DNA of 64,000 nt from an uncultured virus (IMG/VR IMGVR_UViG_3300020056_001325) (Duplodnaviria > Heunggongvirae > Uroviricota > Caudoviricetes). Of this stretch, positions 1 to 8,433 are shown piece by piece (the first letter of the stretch is position 1; each line of letters begins with the position of its first letter). Where the stretch lies: IMG/VR virus record IMGVR_UViG_3300020056_001325, one strand, 5' to 3'. The notes under the pieces are model-generated. The model made no database searches, was not told where the DNA came from, and saw only the letters and a program-made list of their open reading frames with translations. Made by a program: the position numbers and the translations under genes.

Positions 1-123
1 ATGACTAACAAGGTTTGGTTTGGTCAAATGTATGGAAGGAGTCTCACTAACACAAGAATGATATGTTTAGCATATCAAGAACACGTAATAGAGAAAAGAA
101 ATCATTTGCGTATAGTTGAATAA
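1..123 (+). CDS. hypothetical protein, probably the 3' part of a gene starting before the window
   Basis: Open frame from base 1 to TAA at 121-123, overlapping the next ATG (TAATG). Confidence 0.4.
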   Translation: MTNKVWFGQMYGRSLTNTRMICLAYQEHVIEKRNHLRIVE

Positions 124-290
124 TGTATGGGCTCATATTCTTCCTACTTGTAGGAGATGTGCCCATAATAAAGTTGATAGGAACTTATGATACACATCAG
201 GAGTGTTTGGTGAAGCAAATAGAACTACAACCTCATCTTCAGCCAACAGGAGAATATTTAGAATGTTGGCAACTTGCACCGGAAAAGTAA
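123..290 (+). CDS. small hypothetical protein (55 aa, hydrophobic N-terminus, two Cys)
   Basis: Read manually: MYGLIFFLLVGDVPIIKLIGTYDTHQECLVKQIELQPHLQPTGEYLECWQLAPEK; abuts both neighbours. Confidence 0.55.
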   Translation: MYGLIFFLLVGDVPIIKLIGTYDTHQECLVKQIELQPHLQPTGEYLECWQLAPEK

Positions 291-431
291 ATGTCTAGTG
301 TAAGTGCAATTTTTATTTGTGCAACGTGCAACAAAAGGTTTCTTAGTCTAATCTATCACACACCCGATCGAAGCAAATTATTCTGTTCACCAGAGTGCAG
401 TCACAAATGGGTAACATCAAAGAAAAAGTAG
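291..431 (+). CDS. small Cys4 zinc-finger protein (46 aa, TRASH/MYM-like)
   Basis: Read manually: MSSVSAIFICATCNKRFLSLIYHTPDRSKLFCSPECSHKWVTSKKK; CxxC...CxxxC; ATG directly follows the upstream stop. Confidence 0.55.
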   Translation: MSSVSAIFICATCNKRFLSLIYHTPDRSKLFCSPECSHKWVTSKKK

Positions 432-691
432 GCGTACTGATTGCAGTATTGATATATGCGTTTGTCCTGAACACGTTTGCATTACACCCGGCCTACGCAG
501 AGGAAATACTATATGAAGATGATCAAATTGTTGTTAAATACAGTGGAGCGTATTCAAAACGCACTGGCAATCCCTTACAGTTTAGACAAGCACCCGACTG
601 GGAAGAAGAAGACTTCTTTACCCAGCAAGAAAAATATTGTGAAATAGGAGAGAAAGATGGCATACAGCGACAAGGTAATGGATCATTATGA
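407..691 (+). CDS. hypothetical secreted/membrane protein
   Basis: Hydrophobic stretch ending in AYA (signal peptide-like); start uncertain (GTG 395 or ATG 407). Confidence 0.45.
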   Translation: MGNIKEKVGVLIAVLIYAFVLNTFALHPAYAEEILYEDDQIVVKYSGAYSKRTGNPLQFRQAPDWEEEDFFTQQEKYCEIGEKDGIQRQGNGSL

Positions 692-1037
692 GAATCCTCG
701 CAACGTAGGTAGTTTTGATCCCAAGAAAGAAAACGTAGGAACAGGAATGGTAGGAGCACCTGCTTGTGGAGATGTTATGCGTCTACAGATACAAGTAGGC
801 GAAGATGGAGTGATTAGTGATGCGAAATTTAAAACATACGGTTGTGGGTCGGCCATTGCATCAAGTAGTCTACTTACCGAATGGGTTAAAGGTAGAACGC
901 TTGAAGAAGCACAGCAAATTAAAAACACTGACATCGCTGAAGAATTGGCTTTACCGCCAGTTAAGATTCACTGCTCAGTATTGGCAGAGGATGCCATAAA
1001 AGCCGCAATCGCAGACTTACAAAGCAAAGCAAAATAA
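657..1037 (+). CDS. iscU: Fe-S cluster scaffold protein IscU
   Basis: MAYSDKVMDHYENPRNVG, GAPACGD, YGCGSAIASSS and LPPVKIHCSVLAEDA motifs; SD GGAG. Confidence 0.97.
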   Translation: MAYSDKVMDHYENPRNVGSFDPKKENVGTGMVGAPACGDVMRLQIQVGEDGVISDAKFKTYGCGSAIASSSLLTEWVKGRTLEEAQQIKNTDIAEELALPPVKIHCSVLAEDAIKAAIADLQSKAK

Positions 1038-1045
1038 CTACAGTT

Positions 1046-1783
1046 ATGAAAATTACTATTGCAGGGTATGGCTTTGTAGGCAAAGCACATCGAGAAGTAT
1101 TAAAAGACAAGCATGACATTACTATTGTAGATCCTGCTTGGCCAGAATACAATAAACCAATTCCGCAAGACACAGATGCAGTTATTATTTGTGTTTCAAC
1201 GCCTGAAAGACCTGATGGCAGTTGTGAAATGGAAAATGTTTACGAAGTAATTGAATCATCTCCTGATGTACCTATTCTAATCAAAAGCACAATCTCGGTA
1301 GAAGGTTGGGATATGTTGGTAGACACATTTCCTAATCGTATGTTAAACTTCTCTCCAGAGTTTCTTAGGGCAAAAACAGCAGTAGAAGATCTAGCAAAAA
1401 TGGATCTAATGTTAATCGGTGGTACCAGTACCTGCTTCTGGGGAAATGTGTTTGGAGTAGGCATCGAAATTGCAGAACCTAGAGAACTTATACTTGCTAA
1501 GTATGTTCGCAATAGTTTCCTTGCACTAAAGGTTAGTTTCTTTAATCAGATGTATGATCTATGTGATGCATTAGACATCGAATATGACGCTGTAGCACAC
1601 TATACAACAATGGACGAACGTATAGGAGATAGTCATAGTTTCATCACAGAAGAACGTGGCTTTGGTGGACATTGTTTTCCTAAAGATATAAATGCACTCA
1701 TAAAAACAGGCCAACGTGATGATGTTGACCTGTCTATTTTAAAAGAAGCAGTTGAATATAATAAACGTATTCGTAAAGATTAA
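1046..1783 (+). CDS. UDP-glucose/GDP-mannose 6-dehydrogenase family protein (short, no C-terminal domain)
   Basis: GYGFVG Rossmann motif, IKSTI, SPEFLR, GFGGHCFPKD catalytic motif. Confidence 0.9.
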   Translation: MKITIAGYGFVGKAHREVLKDKHDITIVDPAWPEYNKPIPQDTDAVIICVSTPERPDGSCEMENVYEVIESSPDVPILIKSTISVEGWDMLVDTFPNRMLNFSPEFLRAKTAVEDLAKMDLMLIGGTSTCFWGNVFGVGIEIAEPRELILAKYVRNSFLALKVSFFNQMYDLCDALDIEYDAVAHYTTMDERIGDSHSFITEERGFGGHCFPKDINALIKTGQRDDVDLSILKEAVEYNKRIRKD

Positions 1784-2562
1784 CTTTGACTGTTTTCTTT
1801 TCCTGAAACGTACATTTCAAGATAGTTACAATAGTTTACCATACTGTGATCTGAAAAGTTATCAATCTTGCCTTGCTTTAACCCCATCCACATTCCACGG
1901 AATCGATCTTTAACAAGTTGCCACCCTGTAGGTTTACGAACATTGCCGTATGCATTTAGATAGTGTTGTTCACCGTGATGCTTGTAACCCATAATAGCAA
2001 GTGGAACTCTTGTTACAATGTCGTTATTGTTAACCCAACGATGGTGTGTTACACCAAGACTCTTTACATATCCAGGCCAGCCTACTCTTGGTGATCCGTA
2101 TGTGTAAAGTTCCTGCACAGGTTCTACGTCTGGGTATAAGTGGCAACGACTTGACATAATAGTAGCCATTGCCGCTCCAAGTGAGTGTCCACAGAACCAA
2201 ATCTTTTTCTTGTCATTGGCTTTACGTTGTAAATCTTCTAGCACCATTGGCCATAGTTCATCTACTTCTGCTTTAAATCCTCTGTGTACTCTTGAAATAG
2301 TTTCAGCAATAACAGGAAGGGCATTTGCATCTGCTTTAATATCGTTAAACTCTGTTGGTTCTGTTCCTCTACAAGCAATAACAAGATCCTCTTTATTCAT
2401 AAAGCGATATGCTTGTGCTCCGTCTTTTTCGTAAAACTCTACTGTAGTAAACCCTAACTTCTTTGCTTGTTTCTTAGCAACATCTATATTAGAATATGCT
2501 ATTTGCGCCAGTCTAGCAAATAAAAGACTACGCTCTTTAAAATTAAATGCAGAAATACCCAT
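1780..2562 (-). CDS. class 3 lipase (alpha/beta hydrolase)
   Basis: CRGTE, VHRGF, GHSLGAA nucleophile elbow, TYGSPRVG, DIVTRVP, DHSM. Confidence 0.92.
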   Translation of the reverse strand: MGISAFNFKERSLLFARLAQIAYSNIDVAKKQAKKLGFTTVEFYEKDGAQAYRFMNKEDLVIACRGTEPTEFNDIKADANALPVIAETISRVHRGFKAEVDELWPMVLEDLQRKANDKKKIWFCGHSLGAAMATIMSSRCHLYPDVEPVQELYTYGSPRVGWPGYVKSLGVTHHRWVNNNDIVTRVPLAIMGYKHHGEQHYLNAYGNVRKPTGWQLVKDRFRGMWMGLKQGKIDNFSDHSMVNYCNYLEMYVSGKENSQS

Positions 2563-2616
2563 TTTTGCCCTCCTATAATATGTGTATTTATTATATTATG
2601 GAGGCAAAAAGAGGGT

Positions 2617-2690
2617 TGGCACAGGAACAAGGAATCGAACCTCAGTTTACAGTTTTGGAGACTGTCGTGTTACCACTACACCATTCCTGC
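2617..2690 (-). tRNA. tRNA-Trp(CCA)
   Basis: Reverse complement GCAGGAATGGTGTAGTGGTAACACGACAGTCTCCAAAACTGTAAACTGAGGTTCGATTCCTTGTTCCTGTGCCA; cloverleaf, anticodon CCA, encoded 3' CCA. Confidence 0.93.
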
Positions 2691-2696
2691 ATTGTT

Positions 2697-2770
2697 TGGA
2701 GCGGGTGAGGAGAATCGAACTCCCATACATGGCTTGGAAGGCCAGTGCATTACCATTATGCTACACCCGC
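2697..2770 (-). tRNA. tRNA-Gly(TCC)
   Basis: Reverse complement GCGGGTGTAGCATAATGGTAATGCACTGGCCTTCCAAGCCATGTATGGGAGTTCGATTCTCCTCACCCGCTCCA; anticodon TCC, encoded 3' CCA. Confidence 0.93.
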
Positions 2771-2788
2771 TTTTTATATTGTTTGCTT

Positions 2789-2817
2789 AGTATACAACCT
2801 ATTATAATGGCTGTCAA
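2789..2817 (-). promoter_or_regulatory. sigma70-type promoter for the tRNA-Gly/tRNA-Trp pair
   Basis: Minus strand TTGACA-N17-TATACT. Confidence 0.8.
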
Positions 2818-2874
2818 CCTATTTGACGACAACAAAGTTATTTAATACACTAAATACAACATAAGGAAAAGAAA

Positions 2875-3132
2875 ATGAGAAAACGTACACGATCAATCCT
2901 AGAGGAACTTAGTAGTTTTAGGCAGACTGGTAACAACGACCATCTGATCCAGACCACTGGTAATAATCTTATTGAAAGCAGTATTAATTTGCTTAATCGT
3001 ATTGCTGAAAGTTATGATACCGAAACGGCTAATGAACTTGAACGCAGGTTTATTAATAGTATCCGAAGTGGCGATCCTCGTAAATTCAAACGTGGCGTTG
3101 ATAAAATAATTGAATCCAAGGAAAAGAAATGA
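2875..3132 (+). CDS. hypothetical phage protein
   Basis: TAAATA motif upstream, SD AAGGA, overlaps next start. Confidence 0.8.
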   Translation: MRKRTRSILEELSSFRQTGNNDHLIQTTGNNLIESSINLLNRIAESYDTETANELERRFINSIRSGDPRKFKRGVDKIIESKEKK

Positions 3133-3827
3133 TCTTAAACGAGGGTGGAAACGTTTTTAAGTCACCAGAAGGTGAACCAGCAACACAACGTATTAACAAA
3201 GCAGATGTTGAGCCTACACTTAAATGGCTTGAAAAAATTACAGGTCTTGATCATGTAAACAATATGCTCGGTAGTACAGGACTTAAACCAACTAGTGGTG
3301 ACCTTGATGTTGCTGTTGATAAAGCAAGTGTTGACAAAGACGGACTTGTATCAAAATTAAGTGCATGGGTACAAAAGAATCACCCAGACGATGATACTAA
3401 ACAATGGATTGCAAAGAGTGGTATAAGTGTACATTTTAAAACTCCTATTAACGGCAATGAGAAACTTGGGTTTGTACAAACTGATTTAATGTTTGGTGAT
3501 CCTAAGTTTATGCAGTTTGCTTTAAGAGGTGATGAGAAGAGCGAATTTAAAGGACAACATAGAATGATCATGATGGCATCTATTGCAAAAGCATTAGGTT
3601 ACAAATGGTCTCCGACTAATGGACTAGTTGATAGATTAACAAACAAAGAAGTTACTAAAGACCCTGATGAAGTTGCTAAGATTTTATTAGGTGATGGTTC
3701 AAACGCTGGTGATTTAAAAAGTGTTGAAACTATCAATGCAAAAATTAAAAGCGATCCAAACTATGAAGCACTTGTAAAAGATGCTAAAGACTTTTTTGAA
3801 AAAGAAGGATTGGTACTACCACAATGA
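3129..3827 (+). CDS. Pol-beta-superfamily nucleotidyltransferase-like protein
   Basis: LGSTG...SGDLDVAVD (hGS-x-DhD motif) and a third acidic residue in VQTDLM. Confidence 0.7.
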   Translation: MILNEGGNVFKSPEGEPATQRINKADVEPTLKWLEKITGLDHVNNMLGSTGLKPTSGDLDVAVDKASVDKDGLVSKLSAWVQKNHPDDDTKQWIAKSGISVHFKTPINGNEKLGFVQTDLMFGDPKFMQFALRGDEKSEFKGQHRMIMMASIAKALGYKWSPTNGLVDRLTNKEVTKDPDEVAKILLGDGSNAGDLKSVETINAKIKSDPNYEALVKDAKDFFEKEGLVLPQ

Positions 3828-5374
3828 GATTTGACGAAATAAAAATAGTTACAGAAGCGCCAGCACGTATTCAACACGCAGAAGATGAAATATTCTTTAA
3901 TGGTAGTAAAGGTGCTCTACGTGTTGTTGATGCATTGGCTAGTATGGCTAATGACGAAGGACGTGGTGCTACTACTATTAAGTGGGACGGCTCGCCAGCA
4001 GTTATCTTTGGACGCAATGAAGATGGCGACTTTGTGTTTACCGACAAGTCAGGCTTTAGTGCAAAAGGATATGACGGCAAAACTAAATCAGCAGATGATG
4101 TTGAAAAAATGTTTTTAAATCGTCCAGGCGCACAAAAGAATCCAGAAGGCTTTGCTCAGTTAGCGGCTAATATGAAAAATGCTTATACTGTTGCTGAGAA
4201 GGCTGTTCCTTTATCACACAAAGGATACTTTAAAGGTGATATGTTATATTTTGACACACCGCCTGTTAAAGACGGACGTTACGTTTTTAAACCACAACTT
4301 GTAACTTATACAGTTGACGCTAAGAGCGACATTGGTAAGCGTATTGGTGCAAGTAAAGTTGGTGTAGTTATTCATAGAGAAGTAGACGAAGATGGTAGTG
4401 AAACACCATTAAAAGATTACGGTATGTTTGAAGGAAATAACTTGTTAGTGTTTCCTCCAATAACACCACAAGAATCACCACAGATTGATACTACAAGAAT
4501 TGATAAACTTAAAAATCTTGTAACTCAAAATGCAGGTGCTATTGATAGTTTATTAGATAGAAATAAACTAACAGCAATGAAAGTGTCAGACTTTGACAAA
4601 ATACTTTATACGTATATGAACAGCAAAGTTGACTCGGGATTAACTAATTTAGGTAAAGACTTTATTCAATGGTTAAGCAGTAGTAAAGTTAGTAAGCCTA
4701 AACAAGAAAAGATTACTCAATACGTTAAAGAAAACATTAAAGCGTTTTCAGTTATGTGGGAAACTGTTTCAAGTATAATGTCAGTTAAAGATGATATTAT
4801 TAATCAACTAGAACAGCAAGACACAGACATTAAAGCAAGTATTGGTGATACCCCAGGTGGTGAAGGTTATGTGTTGGCACACCCTGGTGGTGATATTAAA
4901 CTAGTAAATCGCTCAGGTTTTAGTAAAGCAAACAGAGCAGTAAAAAGGGAGAATACTATGAAAGCAACAGACTTTATCATTGATTCAGATATGGACGATG
5001 ATTTTGCAGATATGAAGAAACAAATGGATCCAGCAGACAGCGATGACGCTGGTCTTGATCCAGACTTCAAACAAACACCTATGATTGTACAAGTAGGTAA
5101 AGTACTTGACTCAAGAGGCAATCCAAATCCAGTTAAGGCTGTAACAACAGACGATGGCAAACAGCATGAAATTAATGCTGAACAAGCCACTGTTATTAAA
5201 ATGCTATTAACTACAGACAGAGTTAAGCCTGATATTAAACGTCAGTTTACTAAAGATGTACAAAACGCAGATACACTAGGTATGCTACTAGGTGCAGGCG
5301 GACAAAAAGAAATGGTCGCCGCATTTTTGAAAAAGTATCAACCACAAAGTGTTGAAAAGAGTAACTACGCATAA
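3824..5374 (+). CDS. RNA-ligase-like covalent nucleotidyltransferase with a C-terminal extra domain
   Basis: TIKWDGSP (motif I KxDG), YFKGDML (III), GGEGYVL (IV), DIKLV (V); possible in-frame internal start at 4958. Confidence 0.6.
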   Translation: MRFDEIKIVTEAPARIQHAEDEIFFNGSKGALRVVDALASMANDEGRGATTIKWDGSPAVIFGRNEDGDFVFTDKSGFSAKGYDGKTKSADDVEKMFLNRPGAQKNPEGFAQLAANMKNAYTVAEKAVPLSHKGYFKGDMLYFDTPPVKDGRYVFKPQLVTYTVDAKSDIGKRIGASKVGVVIHREVDEDGSETPLKDYGMFEGNNLLVFPPITPQESPQIDTTRIDKLKNLVTQNAGAIDSLLDRNKLTAMKVSDFDKILYTYMNSKVDSGLTNLGKDFIQWLSSSKVSKPKQEKITQYVKENIKAFSVMWETVSSIMSVKDDIINQLEQQDTDIKASIGDTPGGEGYVLAHPGGDIKLVNRSGFSKANRAVKRENTMKATDFIIDSDMDDDFADMKKQMDPADSDDAGLDPDFKQTPMIVQVGKVLDSRGNPNPVKAVTTDDGKQHEINAEQATVIKMLLTTDRVKPDIKRQFTKDVQNADTLGMLLGAGGQKEMVAAFLKKYQPQSVEKSNYA

Positions 5375-6315
5375 TGGCAGAAAAGTTTACAGCAATGGAG
5401 TGGGCAACCATGGAAGGTGGACACGAACTTCCAGTTACGGAAGAAAAGTTTTCATTCCTTAATGACCTAGCAGAAGCGAGAATGACTCGCAACTCATCTG
5501 ATCAGGCCAAGTTGTCTTATACAGATTGTTGTGAACGACTATACTTAATTGTATTAAGTTTAGAACTTCTAAGACTATTTCCTAGCACTAGAGGTTATGC
5601 GGCAGGCTACGCAAAGAAAACAACATCATATGGTCCATACCAACAGTTTAGAATGGTTGGTACAGATCTATATAACTTTATCTATTTTGTTATAGGTGAC
5701 GACAAAGCCTTAGCAAAACTTAAAGACCCTGAAAGTGCAAAAGCAGTACGTATGAGAACTAACTTGCCTACAATGGGTTTAAATAGATATTTGAGTGCAG
5801 TAGGTAACAACACAGCAATAAGACCTACTGAAACACTTATCCGTTTAGAAGGCGGACTAAACATTACTAACACTGACTACAAAGCAATTAGACGTAATTT
5901 GTTTAACTACAACTCCCTTAGCACACAAGAAAAACAAAATACAGTTACACGATTGTTACTTGCTGTTAGAGCAAAACTAAGAAGCAGTGATATTATTGTT
6001 TACATTGAAGAACTTGCTCGTACTAAAGATTTAGAAAATGCAAGAATTAAAGACAACGAGCCAACTGTAAGTTTACCTGACTTGGCTACTCCAACCGGTC
6101 CTGAGTTACAATATTATAGATACCTAGTTGGTGCAAAAGGTCTAGTAGGAACTAAGAAGTTTTTAGACCAAGCAAAAGACGGCAAGGCTGTACCAGCACC
6201 TTACGTTCAAGCATACGCACCTGTAGTTAAAATGGTAGATGATATTGTTAAAGCAGGACCGGGATTTGTTCAAATGCTAAGAGCATTACATAATCGAGCC
6301 AAAAAGAGCCGTTAA
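5374..6315 (+). CDS. hypothetical protein (probable virion-associated)
   Basis: 313-aa ORF coupled (TAATG) to the upstream gene in a late-type cluster. Confidence 0.8.
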   Translation: MAEKFTAMEWATMEGGHELPVTEEKFSFLNDLAEARMTRNSSDQAKLSYTDCCERLYLIVLSLELLRLFPSTRGYAAGYAKKTTSYGPYQQFRMVGTDLYNFIYFVIGDDKALAKLKDPESAKAVRMRTNLPTMGLNRYLSAVGNNTAIRPTETLIRLEGGLNITNTDYKAIRRNLFNYNSLSTQEKQNTVTRLLLAVRAKLRSSDIIVYIEELARTKDLENARIKDNEPTVSLPDLATPTGPELQYYRYLVGAKGLVGTKKFLDQAKDGKAVPAPYVQAYAPVVKMVDDIVKAGPGFVQMLRALHNRAKKSR

Positions 6316-6338
6316 TCCTATATTTTTCCAAAAAAGAC

Positions 6339-6430
6339 TAAATAATAGTAACCACAAAGCATCAAGAGAACGATGCGTGGCCATTAGAGCCGAGTAAGAA
6401 TAACGTTTATTTTTACTCACATTTATAGGA
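6339..6430 (+). promoter_or_regulatory. late-promoter-like TAAATA plus structured 5' leader
   Basis: TAAATA 6339-44; hairpins CCAC..GCATC/GATGC-GTGG and GAGTAAGAATAA/TTATTTTTACTC, then SD AGGAG. Confidence 0.55.
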
Positions 6431-6438
6431 GAAATAAA

Positions 6439-6780
6439 ATGGCAGGCGTAACAAGAGTAAATGGCTTCGGCCAATATGCACAGGGTACTGTGTATTCAAC
6501 AGCACAAATTGCGGCGTTCGTAATCGACGCACAAGCGGCATTAACAACTGAAGACGATGGCGCTAACGAAGCAATGGAAGCAATCATCCGCGAAGTAGCA
6601 CCTTTAATGTACTACTCAGCAGGTTCAGCACAAACAGTTTCTGTAATCGTAGACGGTCACAAAGATGACGCGGCTTCTTTACAGGCTAGAATCCGTGCAT
6701 TAGGTGACGCAGTTGGTCCAAATAACTTTGACCTTTCAGCGGCTACTGTAACAGCGGCTTCTTCAGTAACTGTTGCTTAA
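6439..6780 (+). CDS. small Ala/Val-rich probable virion structural protein
   Basis: Strong SD, own promoter and terminator, biased codon usage. Confidence 0.75.
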   Translation: MAGVTRVNGFGQYAQGTVYSTAQIAAFVIDAQAALTTEDDGANEAMEAIIREVAPLMYYSAGSAQTVSVIVDGHKDDAASLQARIRALGDAVGPNNFDLSAATVTAASSVTVA

Positions 6781-6804
6781 TTAATAGTTTAGAAGAAACT
6801 ATCG

Positions 6805-6837
6805 AAAAGGGCTCGGATTTATTCGGGCCCTTTTTTT
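6805..6837 (+). terminator. intrinsic terminator
   Basis: AAAAGGGCTCGGA-TTTA-TTCGGGCCC followed by T7. Confidence 0.9.
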
Positions 6838-6855
6838 ATGACTATAAGTAAGTGT

Positions 6856-7272
6856 ATGAACTTCAAAGTTATTACATTAATTGACATTACCAAAACTGGC
6901 CTAACCAAATTTAAGTCTGAGGATAGACAAGCAATTAATCAACAGGCAAATTGGAATACATTTCTACAAGTGTTAGGTATGAGAGCAAACCCATACTTTC
7001 AAAATGATCCTGTTTCAGTAGACGCAGATATAGACGGACTAGGGTTTGGTACAAACTTTACAGGTAAGCAACGTATTTGGACTTTTGAGTTTACTGTTGA
7101 ACAAGAAGGTGCTACAAGTGTTGATGCTCTAAAAGAGGATTTCAATTTAATACCTGTAATTGCTGGGTTAACAGAGACAATCACGATAAATAATAGTGCA
7201 TTCAGAACTAAAGATAGTGAAGCAACTAACATAGTTTTTATGTTAGCAGATAATATTAGCCTGGATGTATAA
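6856..7272 (+). CDS. hypothetical protein
   Basis: Start reassigned to ATG 6856 (MNFKVITL), 5 nt after TAAGTA; the track start at 6838 abuts the terminator T-run. Confidence 0.75.
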   Translation: MNFKVITLIDITKTGLTKFKSEDRQAINQQANWNTFLQVLGMRANPYFQNDPVSVDADIDGLGFGTNFTGKQRIWTFEFTVEQEGATSVDALKEDFNLIPVIAGLTETITINNSAFRTKDSEATNIVFMLADNISLDV

Positions 7273-7363
7273 TAAATAATAGTATAAGGCAAACATTACA
7301 TCTTAACATAGGTTACAATTATTAGGCCCCTTCCACGATAAACTAAGGAACGGAGAGATAAAG

Positions 7364-7600
7364 ATGGCAAGAGCCACTGACTTAGAAAAAGAAAACTTAG
7401 AAGCACACGTTGATTTATGTGCTCAAAGATATGAAGTCCTAGAAGGACGTTTAGCGAAGATCGAAGAAAAGGTCGAGCATCTCCACGAAGATATTACACA
7501 CGGCAACAAGTCCATGATTAAAGTACTAATTGGTGCAACTGGCACTATCGTAGCAGGACTACTTTCCACTATTGTTGTCATCCTAATGAACGCAAACTAA
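7364..7600 (+). CDS. coiled-coil protein with C-terminal transmembrane helix
   Basis: Heptad pattern followed by VLIGATGTIVAGLLSTIVVIL; SD GGAG. Confidence 0.8.
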   Translation: MARATDLEKENLEAHVDLCAQRYEVLEGRLAKIEEKVEHLHEDITHGNKSMIKVLIGATGTIVAGLLSTIVVILMNAN

Positions 7601-7624
7601 CGTTTAACTGGCATAAATACTGTT

Positions 7625-7912
7625 ATGCTAGTACGAGAAATCACAGAATCATTATCAGAAAAGCAGATTTGGGCAAGATCTGGCAAGAAGGTTGTACGCA
7701 AGTTTCGTTGTACAACTGGAAGACGCAAAGGTCGTATTGTTAAAAGCATGGCTCAGTGTTTTGCCGCACCTAATATGAAAGCACGTATTACTATGAAAAA
7801 GACTCGTGCAAGAATAGGCGGTAAGATGATGCGTAAAGCACGTAGAACAAAACGTATTAACCCTGCTTCACGCAGAGTACAAGCATTAAATAAAGCATCA
7901 AGAGGAAGATAG
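7625..7912 (+). CDS. highly basic protein (paralog of 8095..8433)
   Basis: K/R-rich; QIWAR..RKFRCTTGRRKGRIV motif. Confidence 0.8.
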   Translation: MLVREITESLSEKQIWARSGKKVVRKFRCTTGRRKGRIVKSMAQCFAAPNMKARITMKKTRARIGGKMMRKARRTKRINPASRRVQALNKASRGR

Positions 7913-7913
7913 T

Positions 7914-8093
7914 ATGAAAATTTATGAAGTAGATAGCAACTATGTTTGTTCCGAATGCGGAAATCCAAATTGGCGTTTTGTTTCAGAAGAAAAGCAAAAA
8001 GGTGTTGACGGCAAAGTATGCTGGAAAGGCTACAAAAGAATGGGCACCAAAAAGAAAAACGGCAAGACCGTTGATAATTGTGTGAAGATGTAA
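7914..8093 (+). CDS. small Cys-containing phage protein (59 aa)
   Basis: Read manually: MKIYEVDSNYVCSECGNPNWRFVSEEKQKGVDGKVCWKGYKRMGTKKKNGKTVDNCVKM; fills the gap exactly. Confidence 0.75.
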   Translation: MKIYEVDSNYVCSECGNPNWRFVSEEKQKGVDGKVCWKGYKRMGTKKKNGKTVDNCVKM

Positions 8094-8094
8094 A

Positions 8095-8433
8095 ATGAGA
8101 TTTGCTGAACTTACAGAAGGTGTTGTTCAAATTTGGGGGAGAGACAAAGGTAAACTTACTCGTAAGTATCGTTGCACCTCTGGTACACGTAAAGGACGTA
8201 TTGTTGCAAAACCTAGCACTTGTTCAGCAACTAAAAAAGTTGGAAGTTCGTTAAATATTAAGAGAGCAAAAGCAAGACGCAGTAGTGTAATGAAAGTTAA
8301 AACTGCTCGTACTAAGAGAGCAGGCGGTTTAACAAAACGTTTGACTAAAGCGAATAAGCCATTAACACAGAGACGTTATAAAAAGTCTCACTTAAAGAAA
8401 AACTTTAGATCTGGAAAAAGGACTAAAAAATAA
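8095..8433 (+). CDS. highly basic protein (paralog of 7625..7912)
   Basis: QIWGR..RKYRCTSGTRKGRIV motif. Confidence 0.8.
   Translation: MRFAELTEGVVQIWGRDKGKLTRKYRCTSGTRKGRIVAKPSTCSATKKVGSSLNIKRAKARRSSVMKVKTARTKRAGGLTKRLTKANKPLTQRRYKKSHLKKNFRSGKRTKK

Noticed and set aside
2582..2845. 87-aa + strand ORF in the track
   Set aside because: Antisense to tRNA-Trp and tRNA-Gly and their promoter; shadow ORF
7325..7360. Possible CCTTCC/GGAACGG pairing next to the SD of ORF 7364
   Set aside because: Pairing is short and weak; cannot be supported without an alignment
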